The position numbers and the translations under genes were made by a program. Under the pieces are notes generated by a model. The model ran no database searches. It worked only from the letters and a program-made list of their open reading frames with translations, and was not told the origin of the DNA. DNA of 15,728 bases. Source: an uncultured Dehalococcoidia bacterium (lineage in GTDB: Bacteria > Chloroflexota > Dehalococcoidia > Lucifugimonadales > UBA3495). Below are positions 1-9,530 of this stretch, one piece after another (within the stretch, counting starts at the first letter, position 1; each line of letters starts with the position of its first letter). The stretch lies in contig CATMOE010000069.1 in assembly GCA_950072105.1 (NCBI GenBank), forward strand, positions 1 to 15,728, written 5' to 3'.

Positions 1-179
1 TTCCCGACTCCGCCAGGGACTCGCGACGAAGTCGGAGCCTCGCCGCCCTTCCGCCGAAGGGCTGGTGTCGGAATGACAATGTGCGCGGCCAAAGGTTGGC
101 AATTATATTTTCGGAGCAATGACTTTAGTCACCCGCGCATGAAAAATATAGACGTCAATATGCGCAATCGCAGACATAA

Positions 180-565
180 TTGCACCAAGCTACGTACGTT
201 CGCTTATATTCGGACGAGAATGGCGATTCTCATTTCGAAGATCTAGAGATTCCTCTGACGCCCGTGGATTTTGCCCCCCTGCCGCTCCTCTGAACATTGC
301 CCAGTTTCTGCCTGCCACCCAAACCGTCTGGGTAGGAGCTCCCGTAGGGTGGGCGGGAGATGCACCGCATCCAAGGGCAGGAAGACAGATTTTTTGTACC
401 ATGCAGGGCGAGTACGAGGTAACTGCCAGTGACGGTACGATACGTGCCTTCCCCGTCGGAAGCGTCATTTTACTCGAAGATACCACCGGGAAAAGACACT
501 CCACCCGTGTCACGAGCCAAGGTGACGCTCTGATCTTCGCTGTCGTTTTGGCGGACCCTGACTGA
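180..565 (+). pseudogene. Cupin-fold protein, frameshifted (pseudogene or sequencing indel)
   Basis: Manual translation. From TTG180 it reads MHQATYVRLYSDENGDSHFEDLEIPLTPVDFAP. After a -1 shift in the C6 run (274-279) it continues AAPLNIAQFLPATQTVWVGAPVGWAGDAPHPRAGRQIFCTMQGEYEVTASDG...LLEDTTGKRHSTRV to TGA563-565. The motifs YxDxxGxSHFED, HP..RQ and EDTTGKGH are typical of a small cupin family. Confidence 0.8.
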
Positions 566-584
566 GGTCCCGGACAGCAGAAAG

Positions 585-1481
585 CTAGGCGGGAATCGGC
601 AAGTCTATGTCGTAGTTCGACAGCACGTCGCGAATCTTCTCAGCCGACTTGTCGTCCGGGGGCACTAGAGGGAGCCTCATCGGACCTACGTTGAATCCCA
701 CGTGATTCAACGAGTACTTGAGAGGGATGGGGTTGGAGACGATAAACATCACTTTAAACAATGGCAGTAATCTGCGGTGCTCGGCCGCGGCCTTCTCCAG
801 GTCCCCCTCCAGCAGGTATCCCATCATCTGTTTGATCTGGTTCCCCACCAGATGGGAGAGTACGCTCACCACACCGTAGCCACCGGTGGCCATGATGGAG
901 AAGGTCTCGTCGTCGTTGCCACTCCAGACCCGAAAGCCATCACCGGCCCCATCGATGATCCGCGTGATCTGGTTCAGGTCGCTCCCGGCTTCTTTCACGC
1001 CGACGATGTTATCGATGTGACTCAGCCGGATGGTGGTCTCGTCGGTCATGTTCAGGCTGGTGCGGCTGGTAACGTTGTAGAGAAGGCAGGGTAAACTGGT
1101 GCTCTCCGCGATGGCTTTGAAGTGCTGGTAAAGGCCTTCCTGAGGCGGCTTGTTGTAAGCGGGCACCGTCAGTAACAGCGCATCGACGCCGACCGCTTCT
1201 GCCTCCGCGCTCAGTTCGATGCTTTTCGCCGTATCGTTGTCGGTGGTGCCGGCGATGACCGCGCCCCGGGAACCGATGGCTTCTTTCACCTCGGCGTAAA
1301 GCCGGATCTTTTCCTCGGAGCTGAGGGTCGGGCCTTCTCCGGTGGTGCCGGTGATCACCAACCCGTCGCTGCCCGAGTCGAGAAGGGCATTGGCCAGGCG
1401 CTTGGCTTGATCGTAGTCCACCGCTCCCTTCTCATCGAATGGAGTGACCATCGCCGTTATTAGCCTGCCTATCTCTGTCAT
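585..1481 (-). CDS. dapA: 4-hydroxy-tetrahydrodipicolinate synthase
   Basis: TAMVTPF, GTTGE, PAYNKP, LYNV, Schiff-base Lys in GVKEA, SGND and NPIPLK; clustered with asd and dapB. Confidence 0.96.
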   Translation of the reverse strand: MTEIGRLITAMVTPFDEKGAVDYDQAKRLANALLDSGSDGLVITGTTGEGPTLSSEEKIRLYAEVKEAIGSRGAVIAGTTDNDTAKSIELSAEAEAVGVDALLLTVPAYNKPPQEGLYQHFKAIAESTSLPCLLYNVTSRTSLNMTDETTIRLSHIDNIVGVKEAGSDLNQITRIIDGAGDGFRVWSGNDDETFSIMATGGYGVVSVLSHLVGNQIKQMMGYLLEGDLEKAAAEHRRLLPLFKVMFIVSNPIPLKYSLNHVGFNVGPMRLPLVPPDDKSAEKIRDVLSNYDIDLPIPA

Positions 1482-1534
1482 GATCTGGCTCCTGAGCTAT
1501 CGGATAGATTCCCGGATCTGACCAGCGGCGGCGG

Positions 1535-2581
1535 CTAGCGGGCCGCGCTGCTTGGTTGCCGAGGCTCGATGCGTCTTCTTGCCACCAATTCCTCGGCGAT
1601 CTGTATCGAGTTAAGGGCCGCGCCCTTGCGCAAGTTGTCCGACACCACCCACATAACCAGCCCGTTGGGGTGGGACACGTCCCGGCGGATACGGCCGACG
1701 AAAACATCGTCGGTTCCGGTCACATCATAAGGCATCGGATATTCTGATTTGGCGGGATCGTCCAGCACGGTAACCCCGGGAGCAGCCTCCAGCACCTCTC
1801 GGGCTTCTCCCGGCGACATGGGGCGCTCAAACTCAATGTGCACCGCGGCGCTGTGGGATACGTAAACTGGAACGCGCACGCAAGTGGCCGATATGGCGAT
1901 GTCCGGCGCGTGCATGATTTTCCGGGATTCCTGCATCATTTTCCGTTCCTCGTTGGTATAGCCATCATCGAGGAAACGATCGATGTGTGGGATGACATTG
2001 AAGCCTATCTGCTGGTTTATCGCTTCCGCCTGAACTTTAGCCTTGCCGTCCAGCAACTCCCGGCTTTGCTGTTCAAGCTCCACGATACCAGCGGCGCCGG
2101 CGCCGGAGACCGACTGATAGGTGTCGGCGACGATACGTACAATGGGGTTATGCTTCCGCAGGGGATGGCACAACATAACCAATGGGGTTGTGGAGCAGTT
2201 AGGATTGGCGATGAGCCCGTTATGCCACTCCACGTCTTGGCCGTTGACCTCCGGAACCACCAAGGGAACGGATTCGTCCATGCGAAAAGCGGAGCTGTCG
2301 TCGATCACCACCGCTCCCTCAGCCACGGCTTGAGGCGCCAGTTTCCGGCTCACCTCCGTAGGCACGCGGATGAACGCGATGTCCACATCCCGAAAGGAAC
2401 CTTCCGTGGTTTCCTGCACGACGATCTCTCGGCCGCCCACCGTAATCACCTTACCAGCTGAGCGGCTGGAGGCCAGCAACTTGATGTTGGGCAGCTTCTC
2501 GTAACGTTTCTCGAGAATACTCAGGAATTGTGTGCCCACCGCTCCGGTGGCCCCTACAACCGCTATGGTAAGTTCGTGCAC
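1535..2581 (-). CDS. asd: Aspartate-semialdehyde dehydrogenase
   Basis: VGATGAVG Rossmann motif, DSSAFRM, catalytic NPNCST, TYQSVSGAG, ATCVRVPV and DNLRKGAALN. Start moved to GTG2581 because the extension to 2626 lies within a repeat element. Confidence 0.96.
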   Translation of the reverse strand: MHELTIAVVGATGAVGTQFLSILEKRYEKLPNIKLLASSRSAGKVITVGGREIVVQETTEGSFRDVDIAFIRVPTEVSRKLAPQAVAEGAVVIDDSSAFRMDESVPLVVPEVNGQDVEWHNGLIANPNCSTTPLVMLCHPLRKHNPIVRIVADTYQSVSGAGAAGIVELEQQSRELLDGKAKVQAEAINQQIGFNVIPHIDRFLDDGYTNEERKMMQESRKIMHAPDIAISATCVRVPVYVSHSAAVHIEFERPMSPGEAREVLEAAPGVTVLDDPAKSEYPMPYDVTGTDDVFVGRIRRDVSHPNGLVMWVVSDNLRKGAALNSIQIAEELVARRRIEPRQPSSAAR

Positions 2582-2604
2582 CGTTGACTCTCTTGGATGA
2601 AAAT

Positions 2605-2668
2605 GGTTCGACAAGTTGGCCACCAACGGAGAAATCTCCTCTTCCGTTCGTCCTGAGCCTGTCGAAGG
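2605..2668. repeat. REP-like imperfect palindromic intergenic repeat
   Basis: Arms GGTTCGACAAGTTGGCCACCAACGGA (2605-2630) and TCCGTTCGTCCTGAGCCTGTCGAAGG (2643-2668); related arms occur at 7283-7294 and 7323-7348. Confidence 0.7.
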
Positions 2669-2723
2669 ACCCGTGGATACACATCTGGAGATGGCCGGAA
2701 TCCGGGATTTCTCTAGGCCTTGG

Positions 2724-3512
2724 CTAGAGGCCCAAAATGTTTTCCAAGCCTACCACAAGACCTCGCCGGTTCACAACTTCACGGATGCAGCGCACCACGC
2801 CGGGCATATAGCAGTCCCGGCCAAGAGTATCGTGGCGCAGGGTTAATGTTTGGCCCAGAGCGCCCAAAATAACCTCGTGATGGGCGCTCCGGCCGGGCAT
2901 GCGGATGCTATGGATTGTGACACCGTTGTATTCGCCGCCCCTGGTGCCGGGTAGGTTTTCCCGCTCGGTGACGTTCCGGGTGAACTGCTTTTTGTCCCCG
3001 ATGCTTTTGGCTAGATTCATGGCGAATCCCGAAGGGGCATCGATCTTGGCTTCGTGGTGGGATTCCACGATATCCACATAGTCGAAATACTCAACCGCCT
3101 GTTCAACCAACCTCTTCAAGACAACCGCGCCCAGGGCGAAATTGGGCGCGGCGATCACGCCGATGTTGTTGTCGTTCGCCACCGCGTCTAGCTGCCGAAG
3201 GTTGTCGTCGGTCAACCCGCTTGCTCCCAACACCAGATGCACGGACCGCCCTGCCGCCATCAGTGACGCCTCCATGGAGGCTGTGGCATTCGTGAAATCC
3301 ACCAATACGTCGGGGGTTGTCTCGTGCAGCAATTCTTCCAGGTCGGTTGAGAGAGGCACGTCGGACCCGTCGGACAGGCGCAAGCTGGACCCTCTGGGGG
3401 TGTGGCAAGCCGCGCCGACCAGGGTCAGGTCTTCCTCACGGCAGACCGCCGAGACGGTTTCCATACCCATCTTTCCGGTAGCGCCATTTACTAACACTCG
3501 AATCGGCGCCAT
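2724..3512 (-). CDS. dapB: 4-hydroxy-tetrahydrodipicolinate reductase
   Basis: GATGKMG, VDFT, APNFALG, substrate motif ESHHEAKIDAPSG, IHSIR and GQTLTLRHD. Confidence 0.95.
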   Translation of the reverse strand: MAPIRVLVNGATGKMGMETVSAVCREEDLTLVGAACHTPRGSSLRLSDGSDVPLSTDLEELLHETTPDVLVDFTNATASMEASLMAAGRSVHLVLGASGLTDDNLRQLDAVANDNNIGVIAAPNFALGAVVLKRLVEQAVEYFDYVDIVESHHEAKIDAPSGFAMNLAKSIGDKKQFTRNVTERENLPGTRGGEYNGVTIHSIRMPGRSAHHEVILGALGQTLTLRHDTLGRDCYMPGVVRCIREVVNRRGLVVGLENILGL

Positions 3513-3577
3513 GACGCCCCCTAAGGAAACATGATTAGGACCAAGCTAATTCGATGTTAACACGGTCCGGAAATCAG

Positions 3578-3618
3578 GAAAAGCAAGACCCAGCTCCGAT
3601 TGCATCAGGGCCGGGTCT
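3578..3618 (-). terminator. Probable intrinsic terminator after pnp
   Basis: Minus strand AGACCCGGCCCTGAT-GCA-ATCGGAGCTGGGTCT, a long stem with G-U pairs and one mismatch, followed by TGCTTTTC. Confidence 0.6.
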
Positions 3619-3667
3619 ATAAAACTCGAATCGTTTTGGACCGGACTTTCCTAGGCCGGTAACGTCC

Positions 3668-5947
3668 CTATCGGGCTGGGCTGCCGCCCGGCCTGGGTCC
3701 ACGGCCAGAACCTCCTGGTCCGCCAGGGCCGCTAGGGCCGCTAGGGCCGCCAGGTCGCCGGTTCCGGTCTTGCGGACCACGGCCGCCGCCGCCGCCGAAG
3801 CCTCCTGGCCGGCGCGGGCCTCGGTCGAACCCGCCGGATTGCACCGGTTGCCGCGGGGGAGGCGTAATGGGGCTGCCGTCGTCGCCAAACAAGGCGCGGC
3901 GGGAGAGGTTTATCCTGCCTTGAGAGTCGATCTCCTGAATCATTACCGTGATCTCTTGGCCAACTTCAGCTTCGTTCTCAACGTCGCCCATGTCGCCGGA
4001 CCGGACAAGACCGTCACGTCCGGGCAACAACTCGACAAACACTCCGAAGCTGGTTAGCCTGACGATCTTCCCGGTGAAGATATCCCCAATCTGCAACTCC
4101 CGGGTAAGACTGTCCACCTTGGCGCGGGCCTGCTGCAGCATAGCGCTGTCGGACCCGCCGATGGTAACTGAGCCGTCGTCCTGCACGTCGATAGACGTTC
4201 CGGTCTCCTCGGAGATGCCCCGGATGATTCTGCCACCGGGACCGATGAGGGCTCCGATCTTTTCGACTGGAATCTTCAGCCGGACCATCTTGGGCGCGAA
4301 GTCACTGACGTCGTCCCTGGACTCGGTCATGACTTCGTTCATCTTGTCTAGGATGTGAAGCCGGCCTACCCGGGCCTGTTCCAATGCTTGGCTCAACATG
4401 TCCACGGTCAAACCTTTGATCTTGACGTCCATCTGTAGCGCGTTGACACCGTCTGCCGAGCCCGCCACTTTGAAGTCCATGTCGCCGAGGAAGTCTTCTA
4501 CGCCCTGAATATCGCTTAGGATGGCTTGCTGACCATTCTCGCCAACCACCAGTCCCATAGCGATGCCGGCCACGCTTTTCTTTATGGGCACACCGGCATC
4601 CATCAGGGCCAGAATCGTTCCGCAGACGCTGGCCATGGAGGTGCTGCCGTTGGAACTGAGCACCTCGGATACCACCCTGATGGTGTAGGGGAAGTCTTCC
4701 TCAGAGGGCAGAACCGGTAGAACGGCCCGCTCCGCCAGGGCTCCGTGTCCGATCTCCCGTCGTCCCGGCGAGCCGACTCGCCTGGCCTCACCGGTGGAGA
4801 ACGAGGGGAAGTTGTAATGGTGCATGAAACGTTTCTTATCGTCGGGGCCAACCGTGTCCAAAACCTGCTTCATGCTCAGTGACCCAAGGGTAACGATGGA
4901 CAGGACCTGGGTTATCCCCCGGGTGAAAAGGCCAGTGCCGTGGGTGCGAGGGAGCAGGCCTACCTCACAGGAGATCGGCCTGATCTCGGCGGTGGTGCGG
5001 CCGTCGGGCCGAATACCCTGCTCCAAGATGCGGCGGCGCACTTCATACTTCAGCACTGCCTTGAAGCCTTCTTTTATCTTCTGCGAAGTGAAATCTTCAC
5101 CCAGTTGTTCCAGCACTTCGCCTTCGATGCGGTTCTCCCCTTCTTCCAGGACCATCTTGTCCGGGTTGCCCTCCAGCAAAGAGGCCAACCGGCCATCCAC
5201 GATAGACTGGATCCGGGTCTCCAATTGCTGGGCGTCATCAGTATCAACCTTGGCCTCAACCTTGGTGTTCCCAGCGCGGCTAACCAACTCATTTATCATG
5301 CCGATGGTTTCTTGGTTGGCGTCGTTAGCCCTGCGGATGCATTCCAGAATCGTCTCCTCCGAAACTTCATCGGAGCCCGCCTCAATCATCATGATGGCGT
5401 CCGGGGTACTGGATAGGATCAGGCTTAGCTGGCTGTCTTTACTCTCCTGATAGGTCGGGTTGACGATGTAATCTCCGTCTTTAAAGGCGACCCTGGAGGA
5501 GCCTACGGGTCCCGCGAACGGAATCTTGGACATGGACAATGCCGCGGAGGCCCCAACCATGGCCAATATGTCCTGAGGATGCTCGGGGTCCGCCGACAGA
5601 ACGGTTACGGTTATCTGAATGTCGTTATAGAGGCCTTTGGGGAACAACGGGCGTATCGACCGGTCGATCAGGCGAGAAGTGAGGATGCCTTCCTGTCCGG
5701 GGCGTCCCTCCCGGCGGAAAAAGCTGCCCGGAATCTTGCCTGCGGAGTAAAGTCTTTCTTCAAAATCGACGGTCAACGGCAGAAAGTCCATTTCAGCCGA
5801 ACGGGGATTTTCGGACATCACCGCAGTGACAAGTACGATGGAGTCGCCGTATCGGACCGTGACTGATCCGTGAGCTTGACCGGCAAGTTTACCGGTTTCG
5901 ATGATTAATTTTTCACGCCCTATGGCGCGTTCGAGTGTTGTGGGCAT
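3668..5947 (-). CDS. pnp: Polyribonucleotide nucleotidyltransferase (PNPase)
   Basis: [62 protein letters not shown] domain (IGPGG) and S1 domain; downstream of rpsO. Confidence 0.98.
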   Translation of the reverse strand: MPTTLERAIGREKLIIETGKLAGQAHGSVTVRYGDSIVLVTAVMSENPRSAEMDFLPLTVDFEERLYSAGKIPGSFFRREGRPGQEGILTSRLIDRSIRPLFPKGLYNDIQITVTVLSADPEHPQDILAMVGASAALSMSKIPFAGPVGSSRVAFKDGDYIVNPTYQESKDSQLSLILSSTPDAIMMIEAGSDEVSEETILECIRRANDANQETIGMINELVSRAGNTKVEAKVDTDDAQQLETRIQSIVDGRLASLLEGNPDKMVLEEGENRIEGEVLEQLGEDFTSQKIKEGFKAVLKYEVRRRILEQGIRPDGRTTAEIRPISCEVGLLPRTHGTGLFTRGITQVLSIVTLGSLSMKQVLDTVGPDDKKRFMHHYNFPSFSTGEARRVGSPGRREIGHGALAERAVLPVLPSEEDFPYTIRVVSEVLSSNGSTSMASVCGTILALMDAGVPIKKSVAGIAMGLVVGENGQQAILSDIQGVEDFLGDMDFKVAGSADGVNALQMDVKIKGLTVDMLSQALEQARVGRLHILDKMNEVMTESRDDVSDFAPKMVRLKIPVEKIGALIGPGGRIIRGISEETGTSIDVQDDGSVTIGGSDSAMLQQARAKVDSLTRELQIGDIFTGKIVRLTSFGVFVELLPGRDGLVRSGDMGDVENEAEVGQEITVMIQEIDSQGRINLSRRALFGDDGSPITPPPRQPVQSGGFDRGPRRPGGFGGGGGRGPQDRNRRPGGPSGPSGPGGPGGSGRGPRPGGSPAR
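3725..3751. repeat. 9-bp tandem repeat x3 in the pnp 3' end
   Basis: AGGGCCGCT AGGGCCGCT AGGGCCGCC; encodes the GPSGPSGP part of the Gly/Pro/Arg tail. Confidence 0.8.
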
Positions 5948-5992
5948 AATAATAGTTAAAAGACCTCGCTTAATTGAGTAAGGACGGTGACC

Positions 5993-6026
5993 AAATAAGA
6001 AACAGCACCCTGGGGAGGGTATTGTT
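5993..6026 (-). terminator. Hairpin/terminator-like element between rpsO and pnp
   Basis: Minus strand AACAATACCCT-CCCC-AGGGTGCTGTT followed by TCTTATTT. Confidence 0.5.
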
Positions 6027-6039
6027 GAGAGCGAGTTTT

Positions 6040-6306
6040 TTAGCGGCGCAACCCTAGACGGGCTATCAGCGATTGGTAACGTCCGACGTCTTCTTTGGTG
6101 AGATAGTTCAGGAGACGGCGGCGCTTGGACACCATAGTAACCAATCCGCGCCGGGAATGAACGTCCTTTTTGTGGACACGCAGATGGCCGGTAATCTGAT
6201 GGATTCTCGTGGTGAGTATCGCGATCTGTAGTTCTGTGGAGCCGGTGTCTTTTTGGTGGAGTTGGTACTCTTGAGTTACCTGCGCTCTAGTTTCACCGTC
6301 AAGCAT
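6040..6306 (-). CDS. rpsO: 30S ribosomal protein S15
   Basis: [40 protein letters not shown] and LGLRR; ATG6306 gives the canonical length of about 88 aa. Confidence 0.97.
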   Translation of the reverse strand: MLDGETRAQVTQEYQLHQKDTGSTELQIAILTTRIHQITGHLRVHKKDVHSRRGLVTMVSKRRRLLNYLTKEDVGRYQSLIARLGLRR

Positions 6307-6348
6307 TCGCTTTGTATGACCTTCGTCCTTCTCTTCTTGTTGCCAAAA

Positions 6349-6378
6349 ATTATAGCACGGCGGCAACTATTGCCGCAA
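6349..6378 (-). promoter_or_regulatory. Sigma70-type promoter of rpsO-pnp
   Basis: Minus strand TTGCGG-N18-TATAAT with extended -10 (TGCTATAAT), overlapped by the inverted repeat GCGGCAA-CTA-TTGCCGC (6360-6376). Confidence 0.65.
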
Positions 6379-6414
6379 CGCAGGCACCCCCCCGATGACG
6401 CACCGGTAAGCTCT

Positions 6415-6493
6415 CGTCATTCGGGCAAAGGCCGGGATCCGCTGAGCCCTGTTATCGTCTGATGTTACGCGCCCAGATTCAGCCTCCATGACG
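6415..6493. repeat. Degenerate REP-like element (GTCATTCC..GGCCGGAATCC type)
   Basis: CGTCATTCGGGCAAAGGCCGGGATCC ... GATTCAGCCTCCATGACG with terminal CGTCAT/ATGACG; related fragments are GGCCGGAATCC (2693-2703) and CGGAATGAC (70-78). Confidence 0.5.
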
Positions 6494-6504
6494 GAGGGGC
6501 TTAC

Positions 6505-6513
6505 TGCTACAAT
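6505..6513 (+). promoter_or_regulatory. Extended -10 element
   Basis: TGCTACAAT about 30 nt upstream of the cyclo-ligase start. Confidence 0.45.
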
Positions 6514-6542
6514 ACGCACCACCTACGCCAAGGGTGTTGAAG

Positions 6543-7259
6543 ATGCGAGACAAGGATACGATCCGCCAAGAAGTCTGGTCCGCAATGCTGGCGGAAGGCG
6601 CGTACAAAGGGGGGCGGAGTATATATGACCGGATCCCCGACTTTCACGGTGCCCAGGAGGCAGCGGACCGAGTGTTCGAGTTGCAGGCATGGCAAGCGGC
6701 CCGAGTGGTGAAGAGCAACCCGGACCTGCCGCAACGTCCATTGCGCCGGAGGGCATTGGAAGAGGGGAAGATAGTCTACATGGCGGTGCCCCGGCTTCGT
6801 GAGGAGGAGTGCTTCGTCGAACTGGACCCGGCGGCGCTGCAGGTATCTCCCGCCGGCGCATCCACGATTGCCGGAGCATTTCGCCACGGCAGGCTGGTGA
6901 CCATCGAGGCGATGCGCCCGGTGGACTTGGTGATATCCGGATCGGTGGCCGTGAACCGGAGCGGCACCCGAATCGGCAAGGGCGGCGGGTATGCCGATTT
7001 AGAATACGGACTGGCGGCCGCCGCAGGTATCGTTGGCCCAGACACGCCGGTGGTCACCACCGTCCACGCCATGCAATTACTGGATGAAGAACTACCCTGG
7101 ACCCACCACGACGTACCGCTAAGCTACGTGGCGACGCCCCAGGAAATCATCCGCTGCGAAGGTGAGTTACCGCGTCCGTCCGGCATCTATTGGGAAGACC
7201 TGGATCAGTCCAAGATCGACGAGATTCCCGTGCTAATTAAGCTTCAGGCCCAGCGGTAG
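6543..7259 (+). CDS. 5-formyltetrahydrofolate cyclo-ligase family protein (MTHFSD-like subtype)
   Basis: KDTIRQEVW, RIPDFHGA, KSNPDLPQ, VPRL, ATP-binding RIGKGGGYADLEYG and HDVP; ATG6543 follows an SD-like AAGGGTG. Confidence 0.9.
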   Translation: MRDKDTIRQEVWSAMLAEGAYKGGRSIYDRIPDFHGAQEAADRVFELQAWQAARVVKSNPDLPQRPLRRRALEEGKIVYMAVPRLREEECFVELDPAALQVSPAGASTIAGAFRHGRLVTIEAMRPVDLVISGSVAVNRSGTRIGKGGGYADLEYGLAAAAGIVGPDTPVVTTVHAMQLLDEELPWTHHDVPLSYVATPQEIIRCEGELPRPSGIYWEDLDQSKIDEIPVLIKLQAQR

Positions 7260-7282
7260 AGCGCCCTTTTCTGGTGACGAAT

Positions 7283-7348
7283 AGCTTGTCGAACCGCATC
7301 ATGCCGTGGCAGCGGCACTTCTTTCCGTTCGTGGTGAGCTTGTCGAAC
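7283..7348. repeat. REP-like repeat arms between convergent genes
   Basis: AGCTTGTCGAAC at 7283-7294 and 7337-7348; TTCCGTTCGTGGTGAGCTTGTCGAAC resembles both arms of the 2605-2668 element. Confidence 0.65.
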
Positions 7349-7376
7349 AACAAACCCGCGCCTACGCAGCTATTTC

Positions 7377-8264
7377 CTACCCCGACGCCCTGCCGCCAAA
7401 TATCTCAGTAAATTCATGAACCCTGTCGGCGCACTGCTGCTTGAAACCGTCTGACCTGTTAGAGGTCAAGAACTCCAGGTGACTGGTTAGGTCAACAAGC
7501 TGGGCACGCTTTGCCCAGTCGTCGGGCAGTCTCATCCCGCCCGATTCCAATCCTGACTGAATCAGGCCGTGGTATTCCGCCGGTGTATGCCGGAGAAGAT
7601 TGCCGATGTCCATGTAGGGCGTGCCTGAATGGCAGTACTCCCAGTCTAAGACACCGCTAACCGCTCCATTGCTGATCAAAATATTGGTGGGATTGAAGTC
7701 CCCGTGGACCAGCCCGCACTCGGATTCCAGTTCTTCCAACCGCCCGGATTCCACTTTCACTATCTGCTCGATCCGGACCACGTATTCCTCGCCGATCCAT
7801 GCTCGCACGCCGGCCTTGTCTAGACATTCGGCAATGAACCCTCGCACCCCACCGAACGGGAAAGGAGAAACAGACCCGTCCGAATCGATCCAACCCGGCT
7901 TTTGGAACACGGTTGAGGATAACCTGGCCAGCGCATCAGCCGCCGCACCGGAATGTTGGGGCAACCTTTCCAACAGCTCCCCGTCCATGAAGGAAAACAC
8001 TGACCAGTTTTCTCCCCGGTGAATCTCTTGGGGGACCGGAACTAGATCACGGGCCAAGCCCATCACGTAGACTTCACGCTGGGCATCGCCGTGACTGTAG
8101 AGACGCAGGACGAATCGCTGGCCGTCGCCAAGTATCAGCTTATAATTTGTGTTGGACTTACCGGCTGCCAAGAGTTCTACCGATGAGAGCTCTCTGCCTT
8201 GCAGGAAGCTCTCTATAAGGGACCGGTCGAAGGGCTTATGAGGATTGCGCCTGTCCGCCGCCAT
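7377..8264 (-). CDS. Aminoglycoside phosphotransferase-like (APH/choline kinase family) kinase
   Basis: GKSNTNY P-loop, VLRLY, Brenner motif HGDFNPTNIL, VLDWE and DIGNLLR; substrate unknown. Confidence 0.85.
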   Translation of the reverse strand: MAADRRNPHKPFDRSLIESFLQGRELSSVELLAAGKSNTNYKLILGDGQRFVLRLYSHGDAQREVYVMGLARDLVPVPQEIHRGENWSVFSFMDGELLERLPQHSGAAADALARLSSTVFQKPGWIDSDGSVSPFPFGGVRGFIAECLDKAGVRAWIGEEYVVRIEQIVKVESGRLEELESECGLVHGDFNPTNILISNGAVSGVLDWEYCHSGTPYMDIGNLLRHTPAEYHGLIQSGLESGGMRLPDDWAKRAQLVDLTSHLEFLTSNRSDGFKQQCADRVHEFTEIFGGRASG

Positions 8265-8273
8265 GGCGTTGGC

Positions 8274-8795
8274 TCAGCGCCAACCCAAACCGGTTACCAT
8301 GCCTCGAAGATAACTAACCTGTCCGATGTGTTGTCCCGAGTCGCTCAAAACGCTGACCAACGCGCTCCATGCAGGGCGCTCGTCCTGGATGTAGCCAACC
8401 GGCTGGTCGAACTGATCTTGGGTGAGACCGGAAACCCGCTTCACGGTGGTCTCATGCACCGCTTCGGCGTATCCCAGAAGCAGATCACGGTCTACCCGGA
8501 AGGCTTCAACCTGCTCAGGCGTGTCGCCAAGTCCGGTACGTTCGGCTTCGATGCCAAACTTCTCTGCCCAGCCCCCGGACACCCAAATCTCGTCCTCAAC
8601 ACAGATCCTTGAACCGATGCGGTCCCGCCAACGGCTTAGATGCCATATCAGCCAAGCGATCGAATTGGAATCGGCGGTAGGACGGTAATGCAGCTGGTCG
8701 TCGGATAATCCGTCGGTCGCTGTTTTGATCCAGCGGCTCTGCCCTTCAAATTGGGCCACGATAAATCCGTTAAGGTCGATGTGGCTGGTAGTCAT
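8274..8795 (-). CDS. DinB/YfiT family protein
   Basis: GLSDDQL..RP...NSIAWLIWHL and C-terminal QHIGQVSYLRG; SD GGAGG. Confidence 0.85.
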   Translation of the reverse strand: MTTSHIDLNGFIVAQFEGQSRWIKTATDGLSDDQLHYRPTADSNSIAWLIWHLSRWRDRIGSRICVEDEIWVSGGWAEKFGIEAERTGLGDTPEQVEAFRVDRDLLLGYAEAVHETTVKRVSGLTQDQFDQPVGYIQDERPAWSALVSVLSDSGQHIGQVSYLRGMVTGLGWR

Positions 8796-8860
8796 GTTTC
8801 CTCCATCGTGAAGACCTATTTCATGTCATGTAGTGCAACCTGGAACGCCAGCAGACTAGA

Positions 8861-9478
8861 TCAGCCAACCAAGTTAAACCCTTCCGGCAGTGATCTGCGG
8901 CCCGTGACGGCTAGAATCAAGTCCGCCGGCTTACCCGACTCCAATGCCAGGTCCGACAGCAAGTGAAGGGTTACCTCTGTAGGAGCCCTGGGAGGCTCAT
9001 TCGCGACACCGATGACCGACGCCAGGTCCAGCCCATGAATCACCAATTCGAATATACGGGTCGGCAAGTAGTCGATGAGGCGCATACCGCCTACCGGCAA
9101 GGCCAGAACCAAGTCGTCGGACACCTGCTCCAATCCAACCAAGACCCTTCCGGCAATCTCGCGCACCGTTTCGGCCGGATCTGGCCCTAAGTCTTGGCCC
9201 GATTGGCGTCTCCGTTCCGCCACGTCTTCGGGATTCGCTATCGATTCCATGGCCCGCAGGAAATACGACACCGGTGTCTCGACTTCCACCTGCTCGCCGG
9301 GCTGGTTGCAGTATCTTTCCAATGTGGTCATCGCCCGGCTGGTGTGGCCCACTAAGTCTCTAACCGTCCAAACGCCCAGACCGGCAGACTCCCAGCCATC
9401 AACCGGGACTTGATCGACCAAGAACAGATAATAGTCAACTGCCTGGCGAAAAACCGTTCGCATTGGGTTCGCTTTCAT
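8861..9478 (-). CDS. Maleylpyruvate isomerase N-terminal (MDMPI_N, DinB superfamily) protein
   Basis: LGVWTVRDLVGH, RIFELVIHGLDLA and TGR; typical His ligands present. Confidence 0.85.
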   Translation of the reverse strand: MKANPMRTVFRQAVDYYLFLVDQVPVDGWESAGLGVWTVRDLVGHTSRAMTTLERYCNQPGEQVEVETPVSYFLRAMESIANPEDVAERRRQSGQDLGPDPAETVREIAGRVLVGLEQVSDDLVLALPVGGMRLIDYLPTRIFELVIHGLDLASVIGVANEPPRAPTEVTLHLLSDLALESGKPADLILAVTGRRSLPEGFNLVG

Positions 9479-9530
9479 ATGCTTTAAAGGATTAAGTCAG
9501 AGTCTTTCTATCGCCGTCTCGACCAACGGC

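Noticed and set aside
2582..2684. N-terminal extension of Asd and the 'SFDRLRTNG' / 'SVRPEPVEG' ORFs
   Set aside because: These are translations of the REP-like repeat, not protein sequence.
3513..3667. Lysine riboswitch upstream of dapB-asd-dapA
   Set aside because: The spacer is only about 155 nt and is largely occupied by the pnp terminator; no L-box consensus is seen.
6370..6530. 6S RNA upstream of the 5-formyl-THF cyclo-ligase (ssrS-ygfA arrangement)
   Set aside because: No ~180-nt rod with a central bubble is evident; the space is explained by two promoters and a REP-like remnant. An Rfam scan would settle it.
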